DNA from: Candidatus Heimdallarchaeum aukensis
GTDB taxonomy: Archaea > Asgardarchaeota > Heimdallarchaeia > Heimdallarchaeales > Heimdallarchaeaceae
Assembly: GCA_021513695.1 (NCBI GenBank)
Contig: CP084166.1
Location: 512,001-576,000, forward strand
Direction: 5' to 3'
Length of the DNA: 64,000 bases
A program made the position numbers and the translations under genes. Positions 35,962 to 46,010 of this stretch are shown here, in pieces; the first letter of the stretch is position 1, and every line of letters begins with the position of its first letter. Below the pieces are notes generated by a model. It saw only the letters and a list, made by a program, of their open reading frames with translations, ran no database searches and had not been told where the DNA came from.

Positions 35962-37284
35962 ATGCCAAAAGAAGAAAAAGAAGAACAGAAAAAGATGTTT
36001 CACCTAAGAAACGAAGAAACCTTTACTAGAATGCATTTAAGGAAAGAAAAGAAAGGACAAGGAATACTAATAGTTAACGCCAACAGAATCTTTCACCTAA
36101 ATAAAACAGCAACTCAATTCGTTGAATACATAATAGAAGGAAAAAAAGATGAAGAAATAATAAGAAAAATGGTTAACAAATACAATGTTCACGAATCACA
36201 AATAAGAACAGATCTAATGAATCTGAAGATCGCAATAGAAGATATAGTAAATAAACCAGATATTGACCCGGTACAAGAACTGTTTGACGAAGATATGGAA
36301 ATGGAGAGAATGATTTTTTCAGCTCCATTGAGAATGGACTTGGCTATAACTTACAAATGCAATAACAAATGTGTCAAATGCTACGTTGAAGAAAAAAGAG
36401 AAATAAAAGAATTAACAACAGAAGAATGGAAAAAAGTCTTAGATAAACTGTGGGATATAGGTATTCCCCACGTAACATTTACTGGAGGAGAACCCACAAC
36501 AAGAAAAGATTTAGTGAAACTAGTAGAATACGCAGAAGATATAGGCATAGTAACGGGACTAATAACCAACGGAAGAAACCTGAAAGACAAAAAGTTAGTA
36601 GAAGAACTAGTAGCAGCAGGAATAGATCATTTCCAAATAACAATAGAAAGCCATATACCAGAAGTACATGATAAATTAACAGGAGTAAAAGGATCGTGGG
36701 AAGAAACAGTAGAAGGAATAAAAAACGTTGTACCTACACCAGTGTTTATTATGACAAACACAACTCTAGTTCCAGAAAACATAAAAGAAATAGATAAAAC
36801 AATAGAATTTTTAGCTAAGTTGGGAATAGACCACTTCGCAGCAAACGGAATAATAAAAGCTGGAGGAGGAAAAGATGACTCACTAGACTTAACAGTAGAA
36901 GAACTAAACAAAACACTAGATACAATAATGAAGAAAGCTGAAGAAATGAAAATGAGATTTCTATGGTACTCACCAACAAGATATTGTGAATTTAACCCAG
37001 TAAAGAAAGGACTAGGAGTAAAACAATGTACAGCAGGAAATATAGCAATGGCAATAGAACCAGATGGACAAGTAATACCATGCCAAAGCTACTTTGAACC
37101 ACTAGGAAACATATTAACTACTCCATGGAAAAAAATATGGAACCATAAAACAACAAAAAGAATAAGAAAAAGAAAATACTTGCCCCAAGAATGCAAAGGC
37201 TGCCCAGAAAAAGAAATATGCGGAGGAGGATGCCCTCTAAATTATCAAGCGCCAATAACTGTTTGCAGAGACGCTCTTTCGTAA
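35962..37284 (+). CDS. radical SAM / SPASM-domain peptide-modifying enzyme with N-terminal PqqD-like (RRE) domain
   Basis: PqqD-like ILIVNANRIFHLNKTATQFVEYIIEGKKDEEIIRKMVNKYNV...DLMNLKIAIEDI; CNNKCVKC (Cx3Cx2C); FTGGEP. SPASM pattern C-x12-G-x4-C (CTAGNIAMAIEPDGQVIPC), CKGCPEKEICGGGC (Cx2Cx5Cx3C) and a final Cys. Start moved from the ORF-track 35890 to the SD-preceded ATG at 35962. Confidence 0.9.
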   Translation: MPKEEKEEQKKMFHLRNEETFTRMHLRKEKKGQGILIVNANRIFHLNKTATQFVEYIIEGKKDEEIIRKMVNKYNVHESQIRTDLMNLKIAIEDIVNKPDIDPVQELFDEDMEMERMIFSAPLRMDLAITYKCNNKCVKCYVEEKREIKELTTEEWKKVLDKLWDIGIPHVTFTGGEPTTRKDLVKLVEYAEDIGIVTGLITNGRNLKDKKLVEELVAAGIDHFQITIESHIPEVHDKLTGVKGSWEETVEGIKNVVPTPVFIMTNTTLVPENIKEIDKTIEFLAKLGIDHFAANGIIKAGGGKDDSLDLTVEELNKTLDTIMKKAEEMKMRFLWYSPTRYCEFNPVKKGLGVKQCTAGNIAMAIEPDGQVIPCQSYFEPLGNILTTPWKKIWNHKTTKRIRKRKYLPQECKGCPEKEICGGGCPLNYQAPITVCRDALS

Positions 37285-37346
37285 TCTTAACAATATCAAA
37301 AAAAATAAAAAAGTATTTTTTACCATTTTTAATAGGATAAGTAAAA

Positions 37347-37639
37347 TTACATCTTTTTTCCTTTTCCTGTTTTTTCCCATTCACTAAACTTATCTATTAG
37401 TTCGTCAATAGCATGTGTTATCTCTTCAGTGATTTTTTCAACAATAATTAATTTGTCATCTTCAATTCGAATAGACAAAATAGAACCGAGTTCAACCAAC
37501 CATAATTCAAGTTCATTAAGATCTTCAAAACCTAATTTTTCCTGTAAAGTAATTAAAGGTATTTTAGAATTATTAGATAGGACTTTGAATAATTTTTAGC
37601 TCTTTCTATTTCAATATCGCGAGAATCAAAATAGTTCAT
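37347..37639 (-). pseudogene. orphan duplicated 3' fragment of the 40618-43875 gene
   Basis: About 290 bp, near-identical by eye to 40618-40910. It translates to [15 protein letters not shown], loses frame, and ends ...KFSEWEKTGKGKKM*. Its ATG overlaps the TGA of 37636-40335 (ATGA). Confidence 0.8.
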
Positions 37640-40335
37640 TTTTTCTTCCCCTTTCCTTTACGTTCCCACTCACTGAACTGTTTGAGTAAATCATCAATAG
37701 CTGTAGTCATATCTTCAGAAACAAATTCGCCCTCAAATTGTAAGTCAAAGATTACTTCGTCTCTTTCGATTCTATTCGGTACATCCTTTGAATAGATGTA
37801 TAACCATAATTTCATAATCTCTATATCTTCAAAATCTAATAATGGAGAAAGCTTATTTAGACTTATTTTGTCGTAAACTAAACTAATTTTCTTAAGACGG
37901 TCAAGTATTTTATTATTAGTTTTTTTATCATTAATTATTTTTGTTAATTCAGACAATGTTCTATTATCTTCATCCAGTATATCTTTAACTATCGTTACTT
38001 TCTTTGTTGCAAAATCAAAAACTTCTGACCAATTATGTGCAAAAGATGGAAATAGTTTCTTAATTGTAGAAAAAGTATCACCTTTAAAAGAGATTATATA
38101 ATTTAAGAATGATAGCAATTTTTTATAACTAGCTATTATAGGCTTAAACTCTTGATCAGACCACTTTTCAATGAGTTTAGTTAACATTTCTTTTTTGAAA
38201 CTTTGTAAATTTGTAAAATTAATAAGATCAACTAAATAATTTATTTTACTGAGAACGGTATTATTTACGAAATAATCTAATTGATCATATGTTTTGTTTA
38301 ATTGTTCTCTTTCTATTTTTCTTAATTTTCTCTTATTTGAGCTGATAAAAAGGTAATCTTTAAGAAATAGTTTCAATTTTTCAAGATATTTTATAATCTC
38401 CTCAATTGAACTAATAAATAATAGTAAGGAAGAAGTGTTTATGAAAATCTTATCAAATTCTTCATTTAATTTAGTTTGCATATTTATTATCCCTGAGAAA
38501 TTTTCTCTTATCCTTAACCTTATTTTGTGTTCATAAACAAAAAAAAGAGGTAGGATAACAGATATAAGAAGTATAAGAGAAAAACATATTTTTTCAATTG
38601 GTTTAAGATAAATACTCTTTTTTAAAGGATTTTTACCATTTTCTATTTCCCAACCATCGAACAAACCGTCATCATCAGTATCAGAATCTAAAGGGTCAGT
38701 TCCAGCTAGATACTCTTCCAAATTAGTTAAACCATCTCCGTCCAGATCTTCTGATGAATCATATAACAAAGGGTTTAATGAATTACATAGTTCCCATCCA
38801 TCAGGTATGCCATCATCATCAGTATCGGGATCATTAGGGTCAGTTCCAGCTTGATATTCTTCTAAATTAGTTAAACTGTCTTTATCTTTGTCAACATAAG
38901 TGTCATTACTCAAAGGATTCAATAAAAATTCTACTTCCCAACTATCAGGTATGCCATCATCATCAGTATCAGAATCTAAAGGGTCAGTAGAATGCAAGGT
39001 CACTTCTTGAAAATCAGATAAGCCATCATCGTCAGTGTCTGAATCTAAAGGGTCAGTACTGTAAATAGTCACTTCTTGAAAATCAGAAAAGCCATCATCG
39101 TCAGTGTCTGAATCTAAAGGGTCAGTACTGTAAATAGTCACTTCATCTCCATCGTTCAAGCTATCATCGTCAGTGTCTGAATCTAAAGGGTCAGTACTGT
39201 AAATAGTCACTTCATCTCCATCGTTCAAGCTATCATCGTCAGTGTCAGAATCCAAAGGGTCAGTAGAATTCTGATACTCTTCTAAATTAGTTAATCCATC
39301 GCTATCTGGGTCTTCTGCAGAATCATCGATAGTAGTGTTTAAACCATTATTTTCTTCCCATTTGTCAAGCATATTATCTTGGTCTAAGTCTACATGCATG
39401 GGATAAGGATCAAAATTGTTAGCTGAACCATCTATAGGATATGGTCCTGTTCCACTCCAGTCATACCAATAGTTACCTGTTGTACCAGAATAAAATTTAT
39501 TGTATGTCCCATAATCACATGCTTGAGAAGAACCACCTAGATTATTTTTTATTAAGAAGTTTTTTACAAATATTTCATTTTTAGAGCTCTCATTTAGATA
39601 TATACCATAAGAATAACTATTTATTATAATATTGGAAGTAAAAGTATTTTTGTTAGAAACATCAAAGAGAATACCATAATTACTACTATTTACAACAGTA
39701 TTTGAAATAAAAGAATTGTTAGAACTACAAGAAAAAAATATGCCATCATAATAACTATTTGTTATAGTATTGGAAGTAAAAGTATTATTAAAACTAGAAT
39801 GAAGAGACATACCATAATTACTACATATCACAGAGTTGAAGGTAAAAGTATTATTGTTACTACAATAGAGGAAAATACCTACATTATAGCTATTTATAGT
39901 ATTATTAAATACAGTTATTGTTCCATCTGCAACAGAATAAATATAAATACCATAAAATGAACTTGAACCGCCCCCTTCAAGATAACAATCTCGAATAAGA
40001 ATATACTTTGTTGTCCCAGATATCTTTATACCATGAGATGTAGAGTCAGTTATACTATAGTTTTCAATGACATAAGGGTTATCTTTTGTCCCAGAACCAG
40101 GAAAAACAGTAAGATCATCATCAGACTCAATAAGAATAGGCGAATGAACTGTATAAACTTTTTTTACAGCTCTAGTTTCATTTGAATTTACACTAGACAT
40201 TGAATCTATTGTTATTTGATTAGATTGTAGAACCATATTTTCCTCTATTTGAGTCGAAAGGTAAACAAAGAAAACTGTAGTTGTTATTAATATTAGTACT
40301 AAACTTAATTGTATATAAGTTGCTATTCTTTTCAT
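37636..40335 (-). CDS. giant type-I membrane protein A: beta-helix (PbH1/NosD-like) + TSP3-type Ca-binding repeats + TM + cytoplasmic coiled coil + conserved C-terminal module
   Basis: Signal/anchor [26 protein letters not shown]. PbH1-like units ([19 protein letters not shown]...), [17 protein letters not shown], repeated [34 protein letters not shown], then about 330 aa Lys/Glu-rich helical sequence ending [21 protein letters not shown]. Confidence 0.8.
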   Translation of the reverse strand: MKRIATYIQLSLVLILITTTVFFVYLSTQIEENMVLQSNQITIDSMSSVNSNETRAVKKVYTVHSPILIESDDDLTVFPGSGTKDNPYVIENYSITDSTSHGIKISGTTKYILIRDCYLEGGGSSSFYGIYIYSVADGTITVFNNTINSYNVGIFLYCSNNNTFTFNSVICSNYGMSLHSSFNNTFTSNTITNSYYDGIFFSCSSNNSFISNTVVNSSNYGILFDVSNKNTFTSNIIINSYSYGIYLNESSKNEIFVKNFLIKNNLGGSSQACDYGTYNKFYSGTTGNYWYDWSGTGPYPIDGSANNFDPYPMHVDLDQDNMLDKWEENNGLNTTIDDSAEDPDSDGLTNLEEYQNSTDPLDSDTDDDSLNDGDEVTIYSTDPLDSDTDDDSLNDGDEVTIYSTDPLDSDTDDDGFSDFQEVTIYSTDPLDSDTDDDGLSDFQEVTLHSTDPLDSDTDDDGIPDSWEVEFLLNPLSNDTYVDKDKDSLTNLEEYQAGTDPNDPDTDDDGIPDGWELCNSLNPLLYDSSEDLDGDGLTNLEEYLAGTDPLDSDTDDDGLFDGWEIENGKNPLKKSIYLKPIEKICFSLILLISVILPLFFVYEHKIRLRIRENFSGIINMQTKLNEEFDKIFINTSSLLLFISSIEEIIKYLEKLKLFLKDYLFISSNKRKLRKIEREQLNKTYDQLDYFVNNTVLSKINYLVDLINFTNLQSFKKEMLTKLIEKWSDQEFKPIIASYKKLLSFLNYIISFKGDTFSTIKKLFPSFAHNWSEVFDFATKKVTIVKDILDEDNRTLSELTKIINDKKTNNKILDRLKKISLVYDKISLNKLSPLLDFEDIEIMKLWLYIYSKDVPNRIERDEVIFDLQFEGEFVSEDMTTAIDDLLKQFSEWERKGKGKKK
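38948..39268 (-). repeat. tandem 69-bp (23-aa) coding repeats, TSP3-like
   Basis: Units [23 protein letters not shown] x2 are almost identical at the DNA level. They are followed by [46 protein letters not shown] and a partial fifth unit. Confidence 0.9.
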
Positions 40336-40617
40336 TTTTCAACCCTAGATACTCTAACTCTAAAGTAAATGCTTATTGAACATTTTCAAGATTTTAAATT
40401 TGAGTCACTTAATATTAAACAAAATACTAATTAACTTTTTCTACTAAACTTTGATTAATGTATAATCTGCACACATTAGGATGAAAGAAACTAAACTGTT
40501 TTTAGAGAAAAAATTCAAAATAAATGAACCACATTCAGTTATAACTAAAAAAATTCAGTGATTTTAATTAATATGTATGCTTCACAAAAACAACATGAGA
40601 TTTTCAACATTCTTTTT

Positions 40618-43600
40618 TCATTCTTTTTTACCTTTTCCTGTTTTTTCCCATTCACTAAATTTATCTATTAGTTCGTCAATAGCATGTGTTATCTCTTCAG
40701 TGATTTTTTCAACAATAATTAATTTGTCATCTTCAATTCGAATAGACAAAAAAGAGCCAAGCTCAACCAACCATAATTCAAGTTCATTAAGATCTTCAAA
40801 ACCTAATTTTTCTTGTAAAGTGAATAAAGGTATTTCAGAAGTAGTGGATAAAACCTTGAAGAATTCTTTAGCTCTTTCTATTTCAACATCTCGAGAATCA
40901 AAATAGTTTATTTTTTCTTCTATTTTTTCTTTTAATTCATTGTATTGTTCTATTCCATTGCTGGATAGCTCTCCTACTGTCTCTGTGTTCATAACCCTAC
41001 TATAATTTTCTTTCCAGTTAGCTAATTTTTCGTCAAACTCTTTAAAATATAACTCACTTTCTGTTATTTTTCCTTTTAGAGAATACACAAACAGATTATC
41101 TATTTCTTTTCTTAGCTCTTCTCCTTTTTTATCTAACAATATTAAAGGATAAAGATAAATAAGATCTCGAACTTCTTGTCTCTTATTTTCTATTTCTTGT
41201 AATTCCTCTAACAAGTCTTTTCTTTCTTCATTGGTTATTTGTTTAGAAAGAATTTCAAGTTTAGATTGAAAAAAATCACGAAAACCATCTGTTATCTCTA
41301 ATAACTTTTTTACTTTCTCGTAGTTAATATTAATGTTTAAGTCTTGTTGATTAATTATTTCTTTCTCTATTTCTAAAAATTCATCAAAGGTTTGTTTTTT
41401 GTGTATCTTAATTTGATTAATGTACGCATTTAATTCTTCTTTTGAAATTTGCTCATCAATATTTTTGATTTCATAGATCTTGGAAGAAAGCAAAGCATTT
41501 CGTATATCTATTTTTTCTATCTCTTTGGCATAGATTAAGTACTCATTACTTAATTCTTTGAATTCAAAAAAGACTTTAGCTATCCTTTTATTATAGTTAT
41601 CAAGATCAATTTTTTTATAATCGTTCTTTTGCACATAGCTATTGATCTGTTGCAAATCAGAGAGCAGTTGTTGCTTCTTTTCTAATATTTTATTCAACAA
41701 TAAGATATATTCATCTGTAATTTTTCTTTCTAATTCAGTCTTAATTTGTGATAACTTTTCTATAAAATCATTAATCTCCCTTTTCACTTTTTCAAATTCA
41801 ATAATATTTTTCTTTCCAATTATAACCTTAAATAAATTAAACTTTGAGCGATAAGAACCAATAATATTATCTAATTGTTTAGCACTATTAACCCATTCTT
41901 TAAAATTATCAGGTGAATATGATTGAAGAAGATATTCATCTATTTTTTCCTTAAATTTATTAAATTCCAAAAATTGTTTATTATATTCGTTCTTCAGTTG
42001 GATGATTTTTTCTCTCTGTTTTTTCTTAATTAATAAAATAGTTGTTGTTACGCTTCCTATTACCAAAAAACTCAATAGACAGGAAAGCACAATTTTAATT
42101 TTTTTTGCTCGAGGATTGCTTAATTTATTTAATGGATCACTTCCATAAATGATTATTTCATCATAATCATTAAATTTGTCATCATCTGTGTCATTTTTTG
42201 TTGGATCTGTGTGGTAAGCATATATTTCTTCATAATCAGATAAACCATCTCCATCAGTGTCAGAATCTATGGGATCAGTTAAGAAAACTATAACTTCTTG
42301 ATAATCAGTTAAACCGTCGCTATCTGAGTCTTTCTTATAAGGAAAAGAATGAAATATTTTAACTTCTTCATAATCACTTAATTTATCATCATCAAAATCC
42401 CCATCTCTTATACATCCTCCAAAAATAACTTCATCATAATCATTAAGACCATCACCATCAGTGTCATTGAAATTAGGATTAGCCATCCACTGATATTCTT
42501 CTAAATTTGATAAGCCATCTCCATCAGAATCGGCCTTGGAGTCATCTAAATTATAGACAATTTCCCAAGCATCTTCCATTCCATCAGAATCAGAATCATT
42601 CTCGACAGATGCAACTCGCCTAGGAAAGATATCTCCAATTTTATTTCCATAAATAGAATAAAAATTGGTAGTACCATCCCAATCTTCCCATAAATTGCCA
42701 ACTAGTAAAGTAGGAGAATACCAGTAAGTGTTAGTGCCATAATCTTCATTATTATCTTGAATCTTCAAAAAAGAATTATTGAAGACTATGTTATAATCTC
42801 CTCTTTCACCAATCCTTACTCCCCCTAAACCTGTTCCACAAAAAAGGTTATTATAAATCAAACTGTTACTTACTTCGAAACCATAACTAATAGCAAAATT
42901 AGTTGAATTATAGATATTGTTATTACTAATAACAACGTTATTACATCTTTCTAAATATAATCCATCTGATGTTGCTCCATTTATCAAATTATCAGAGATT
43001 ACAATTTCACTATTACCACTTGACCATAGGCATGAAGCCCAATCATTAGTTGTTTTTTCTAAATTATTGTAAAAGATTTTTATTTTTTTATTATCTCTAA
43101 CTCCAATGCTTCCTGCTCCATTAGTTATACATGTGTTTTTTATAATTGTAACATTTGAAGATTCAGAAACTAAAATACCAAAACCAGAGTTATTGGCAGA
43201 ATAATTATTTTTTATCAAGCTATCTCCAGATTGATGTACCAACACGCCATATTGATTATAAAGAAGAGTACAATTCTCAACTATTACACCACCTGCTCTA
43301 GTTTCAGAAGAAATCCCAACTTCATAACCTTGAATAAAACAATTCCTAATTATTACGAAAGAACTAACATAACGAATAACAATACCACAAGAATTTTCTA
43401 AATACTCAGTATCACCAGTTGAAACTTCATAGTTCTCAATTATATAAGGGTCTGCTTCAGTTCCTGAACCAGGAAACCCAAACTTTACAAAGTCTTCTTC
43501 ACTATTGATTTCTATCGGTGAATGAACAATATAACGTGTTTCTTTAGCATTGTTTCTTTCGGCAATTGCTTTTTGACAAGAACTACCATGGTTTATTTGT

Positions 43601-43875
43601 CTGTAGCTTGAAGTTAAATTATGCTTATCAATTGAGCGATAATTATCATATTCTTTTCCATTCTCTGTTTTATTGTTATTAAATTTAGAAGCCTTTTCAT
43701 CTACATAATTATCTATTAGGTGAAAAGTTGGAGTAAGAAAAAGAAAAATAACTAAAGAAACAATAATTCTTTTATAGTTTGGAAATATATTGTTTAATAT
43801 TTTCATTTCTAGAACAAGTATATACATTACAATAAAAAAATAAAAGTTTTTCTTCACTATTTCTTTTCTTTTCAT
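40618..43875 (-). CDS. giant type-I membrane protein B (same architecture as A, longer coiled coil)
   Basis: N-terminal anchor, beta-helix units (NNSGFGILVSESSNVTIIKNTCITN...), TSP3-like DSDGDGLSNLEE / DTDGDGLNDYDE / DSDTDGDGLSDYEE, TM IVLSCLLSFLVIGSVTTTILLI, and about 480 aa coiled coil ending AIDELIDKFSEWEKTGKGKKE. Confidence 0.8.
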   Translation of the reverse strand: MKRKEIVKKNFYFFIVMYILVLEMKILNNIFPNYKRIIVSLVIFLFLTPTFHLIDNYVDEKASKFNNNKTENGKEYDNYRSIDKHNLTSSYRQINHGSSCQKAIAERNNAKETRYIVHSPIEINSEEDFVKFGFPGSGTEADPYIIENYEVSTGDTEYLENSCGIVIRYVSSFVIIRNCFIQGYEVGISSETRAGGVIVENCTLLYNQYGVLVHQSGDSLIKNNYSANNSGFGILVSESSNVTIIKNTCITNGAGSIGVRDNKKIKIFYNNLEKTTNDWASCLWSSGNSEIVISDNLINGATSDGLYLERCNNVVISNNNIYNSTNFAISYGFEVSNSLIYNNLFCGTGLGGVRIGERGDYNIVFNNSFLKIQDNNEDYGTNTYWYSPTLLVGNLWEDWDGTTNFYSIYGNKIGDIFPRRVASVENDSDSDGMEDAWEIVYNLDDSKADSDGDGLSNLEEYQWMANPNFNDTDGDGLNDYDEVIFGGCIRDGDFDDDKLSDYEEVKIFHSFPYKKDSDSDGLTDYQEVIVFLTDPIDSDTDGDGLSDYEEIYAYHTDPTKNDTDDDKFNDYDEIIIYGSDPLNKLSNPRAKKIKIVLSCLLSFLVIGSVTTTILLIKKKQREKIIQLKNEYNKQFLEFNKFKEKIDEYLLQSYSPDNFKEWVNSAKQLDNIIGSYRSKFNLFKVIIGKKNIIEFEKVKREINDFIEKLSQIKTELERKITDEYILLLNKILEKKQQLLSDLQQINSYVQKNDYKKIDLDNYNKRIAKVFFEFKELSNEYLIYAKEIEKIDIRNALLSSKIYEIKNIDEQISKEELNAYINQIKIHKKQTFDEFLEIEKEIINQQDLNININYEKVKKLLEITDGFRDFFQSKLEILSKQITNEERKDLLEELQEIENKRQEVRDLIYLYPLILLDKKGEELRKEIDNLFVYSLKGKITESELYFKEFDEKLANWKENYSRVMNTETVGELSSNGIEQYNELKEKIEEKINYFDSRDVEIERAKEFFKVLSTTSEIPLFTLQEKLGFEDLNELELWLVELGSFLSIRIEDDKLIIVEKITEEITHAIDELIDKFSEWEKTGKGKKE

Positions 43876-44044
43876 TATTTCATTTTAAAGTAGTTTATTT
43901 ATCAAGTTCAACTTGCATAAAAGAATACAAATAAAACTAATACGAAAAATCGATGAAAAACATAAGATTCACAGAATGGATAAAATAAGACAGAAAAAAA
44001 ATATAATATTTCATATTTTTTTCTAAAAACTAAAATTAGTGAAA

Positions 44045-46010
44045 TTACTTCTTTTTCCCCTTTCCTGTACGCTCCCACTCACTAAACTGTTTAAGCAGAT
44101 CATCTATAGCTTCAGTCATATCTTCTGCCACGAACTCACCCTCAAGTTGTATATCGAACATTACTTCTTCTCCTTCTATCTGATTTGGTAAATCTTTAGA
44201 ATAAGCATATAACCATAGTTTCAAGACCTCTTTGTCTTCAAAGTCTAACAAAGGAGAAAGCTTGGTTAAACTTATTTTATTATAAACAGAACTAACTTTC
44301 TTAAGTCTTTCAAGTCTCATATTATTATTCTCACTATCATTAAATATTTTAGCTAACTCACCTAATAATTGTTCATTTTGTTCTAATAGTTCTTGGACAA
44401 TAACCAATTTTTCAGTAGCTAAATCTTTAATATCAGACCAGAAAGAGTCAGAAGAAGCAAATTTAGTAAAAGCTTTATGATCAATAAAAGCTACAATGTA
44501 ATTTAGGGTTGATAATATCTCTTCATAGCTGATAATTAGAGGTTTGAACTCCTTATCAGACCAATTATAGACAATGTTAGTTAACATTTCTTTAGTGTAA
44601 TCAAACAAATTTTTATAATCAATAAATTCAATTAATGAAACTACTTTATCATGAAGAGAGGAGCTGATAAAAGAGGTTATTTTTTCAAAAATCTTGTTAA
44701 ATTGTTCTTGTTTATTAGTTTTTAATCTTTTGCTGTTAGAATGAACAAAAATTAACTTTTCAAGAAGATTACCTAACTTTTCAAAATAGTCTTTTATCTC
44801 CTCTGCAGAAGAAACGAAAGAAATTAATGAAGAAATTTCTGTAAAAGTTTCCTTATACTTTCCATCTAATTCAGATTGTAAATGAATTACTTTTTCAAAT
44901 TTTTCCTTTACTTTTATTCGCATTATTAATACATGAATGGAGAATGTTACAAGAATAACAAATATAGGAAGTATAGCAAAATAACCTATTTTTTCTACTT
45001 GAGACAAATAAATATTCTTTTTTACAGGATTTTTTCCATTTTCTACTTCCCAACCGTCAAGCATACCATCTCCATCAGTGTCATTGTCCAAGGGGTCAGT
45101 AGAATAGATATGAACTTCTTGACCATCAGTCAGTCCATCTCCGTCACTGTCACTGTCCAAGGGGTCGGTATTGTAAGTATTTATCTCTTCATAGTCATCA
45201 AGTCCATCGTCGTCTGTGTCATTATCTATGGGGTTAGTACCTATTTGATACTCTTCTAAATTGGTCAAACCATCATTATCAAAATCCTCTGTAGAGTCAT
45301 CAATATTTGTGTCCAAGCCATTATCTTCTTCCCATTTGACGGGTATATTATCCTGGTCTAGATCCACATACATAGGATAAGGATCAAAGTTATTAGCGGA
45401 ACCATCTATTGGATATACTCCTGTTCCATTCCAGTCATACCAATAGTTCCCTGTTGACCCAGAATAAAACTTATTGTTTGTTCCCTCATCATACGCTTGT
45501 GAAGAACCACCTAAATTATTTTTAATTATGATGTTTTCCATAAAACTATTATTAGAGTATAACGGAGTCTTATACCATAAGAATTACTATTAGCTATAGT
45601 TTTAGAGCTAAAAATATTGTAAGAACTATTAAGAATATATACACCAATATAGCTACTGTTTGCTATGGTGTTAGAGGTAAAAATGTTATAAAAACTATAG
45701 CCTAGTTATATATTGTAGATACCACCATTTGTTATAATATTATTTATAAAAATATTATTAGAACTAGAACCGAGACTAATACAACACCAATCATTATTTA
45801 TAATTGTATTAAAAATAAAGTTGTTATTAGAACTATAACCTATTCGTATACCGTAATAACTAACAGTAATATTATTGAAAAAGAATGTGTTATTAGAGCT
45901 ATATTGAAGATTTATACCACTGGTAATTATATTTGTTATTTTATTAGAAATAAATGTATTATTAAAACTAGTTTCAATCCAAATACCATAATTCTTATTA
46001 TTTCTTTAGT
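44045..46010 (-). pseudogene. paralog C of the giant membrane protein family, 5' (beta-helix) part decayed
   Basis: ORF 44045-45541 starts inside the conserved [25 protein letters not shown] segment. DNA from 45542 to about 46010 still resembles the PbH1-repeat region of A (39600-39900) but contains stops and frameshifts, and no signal peptide remains. Confidence 0.75.

Noticed and set aside
35678-35968. 96-aa minus-strand ORF with striking poly(Ala-Gln) and poly-Pro runs
   Set aside because: It is the antisense reading of the Gly and Cys-Ala codons of 34260-35960. It has no start context of its own and lies entirely inside a well-supported gene.
37118-37384. 88-aa minus-strand ORF overlapping the 3' end of the radical SAM gene
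   Set aside because: It is antisense to the SPASM region. Its 5' part is simply the out-of-frame tail of the orphan paralog fragment.
38948-39268. Regularly spaced direct repeats that could be mistaken for a CRISPR array
   Set aside because: The units are contiguous with no spacers, are 69 bp long, lie in frame, and encode TSP3-like Ca-binding repeats within a long ORF.
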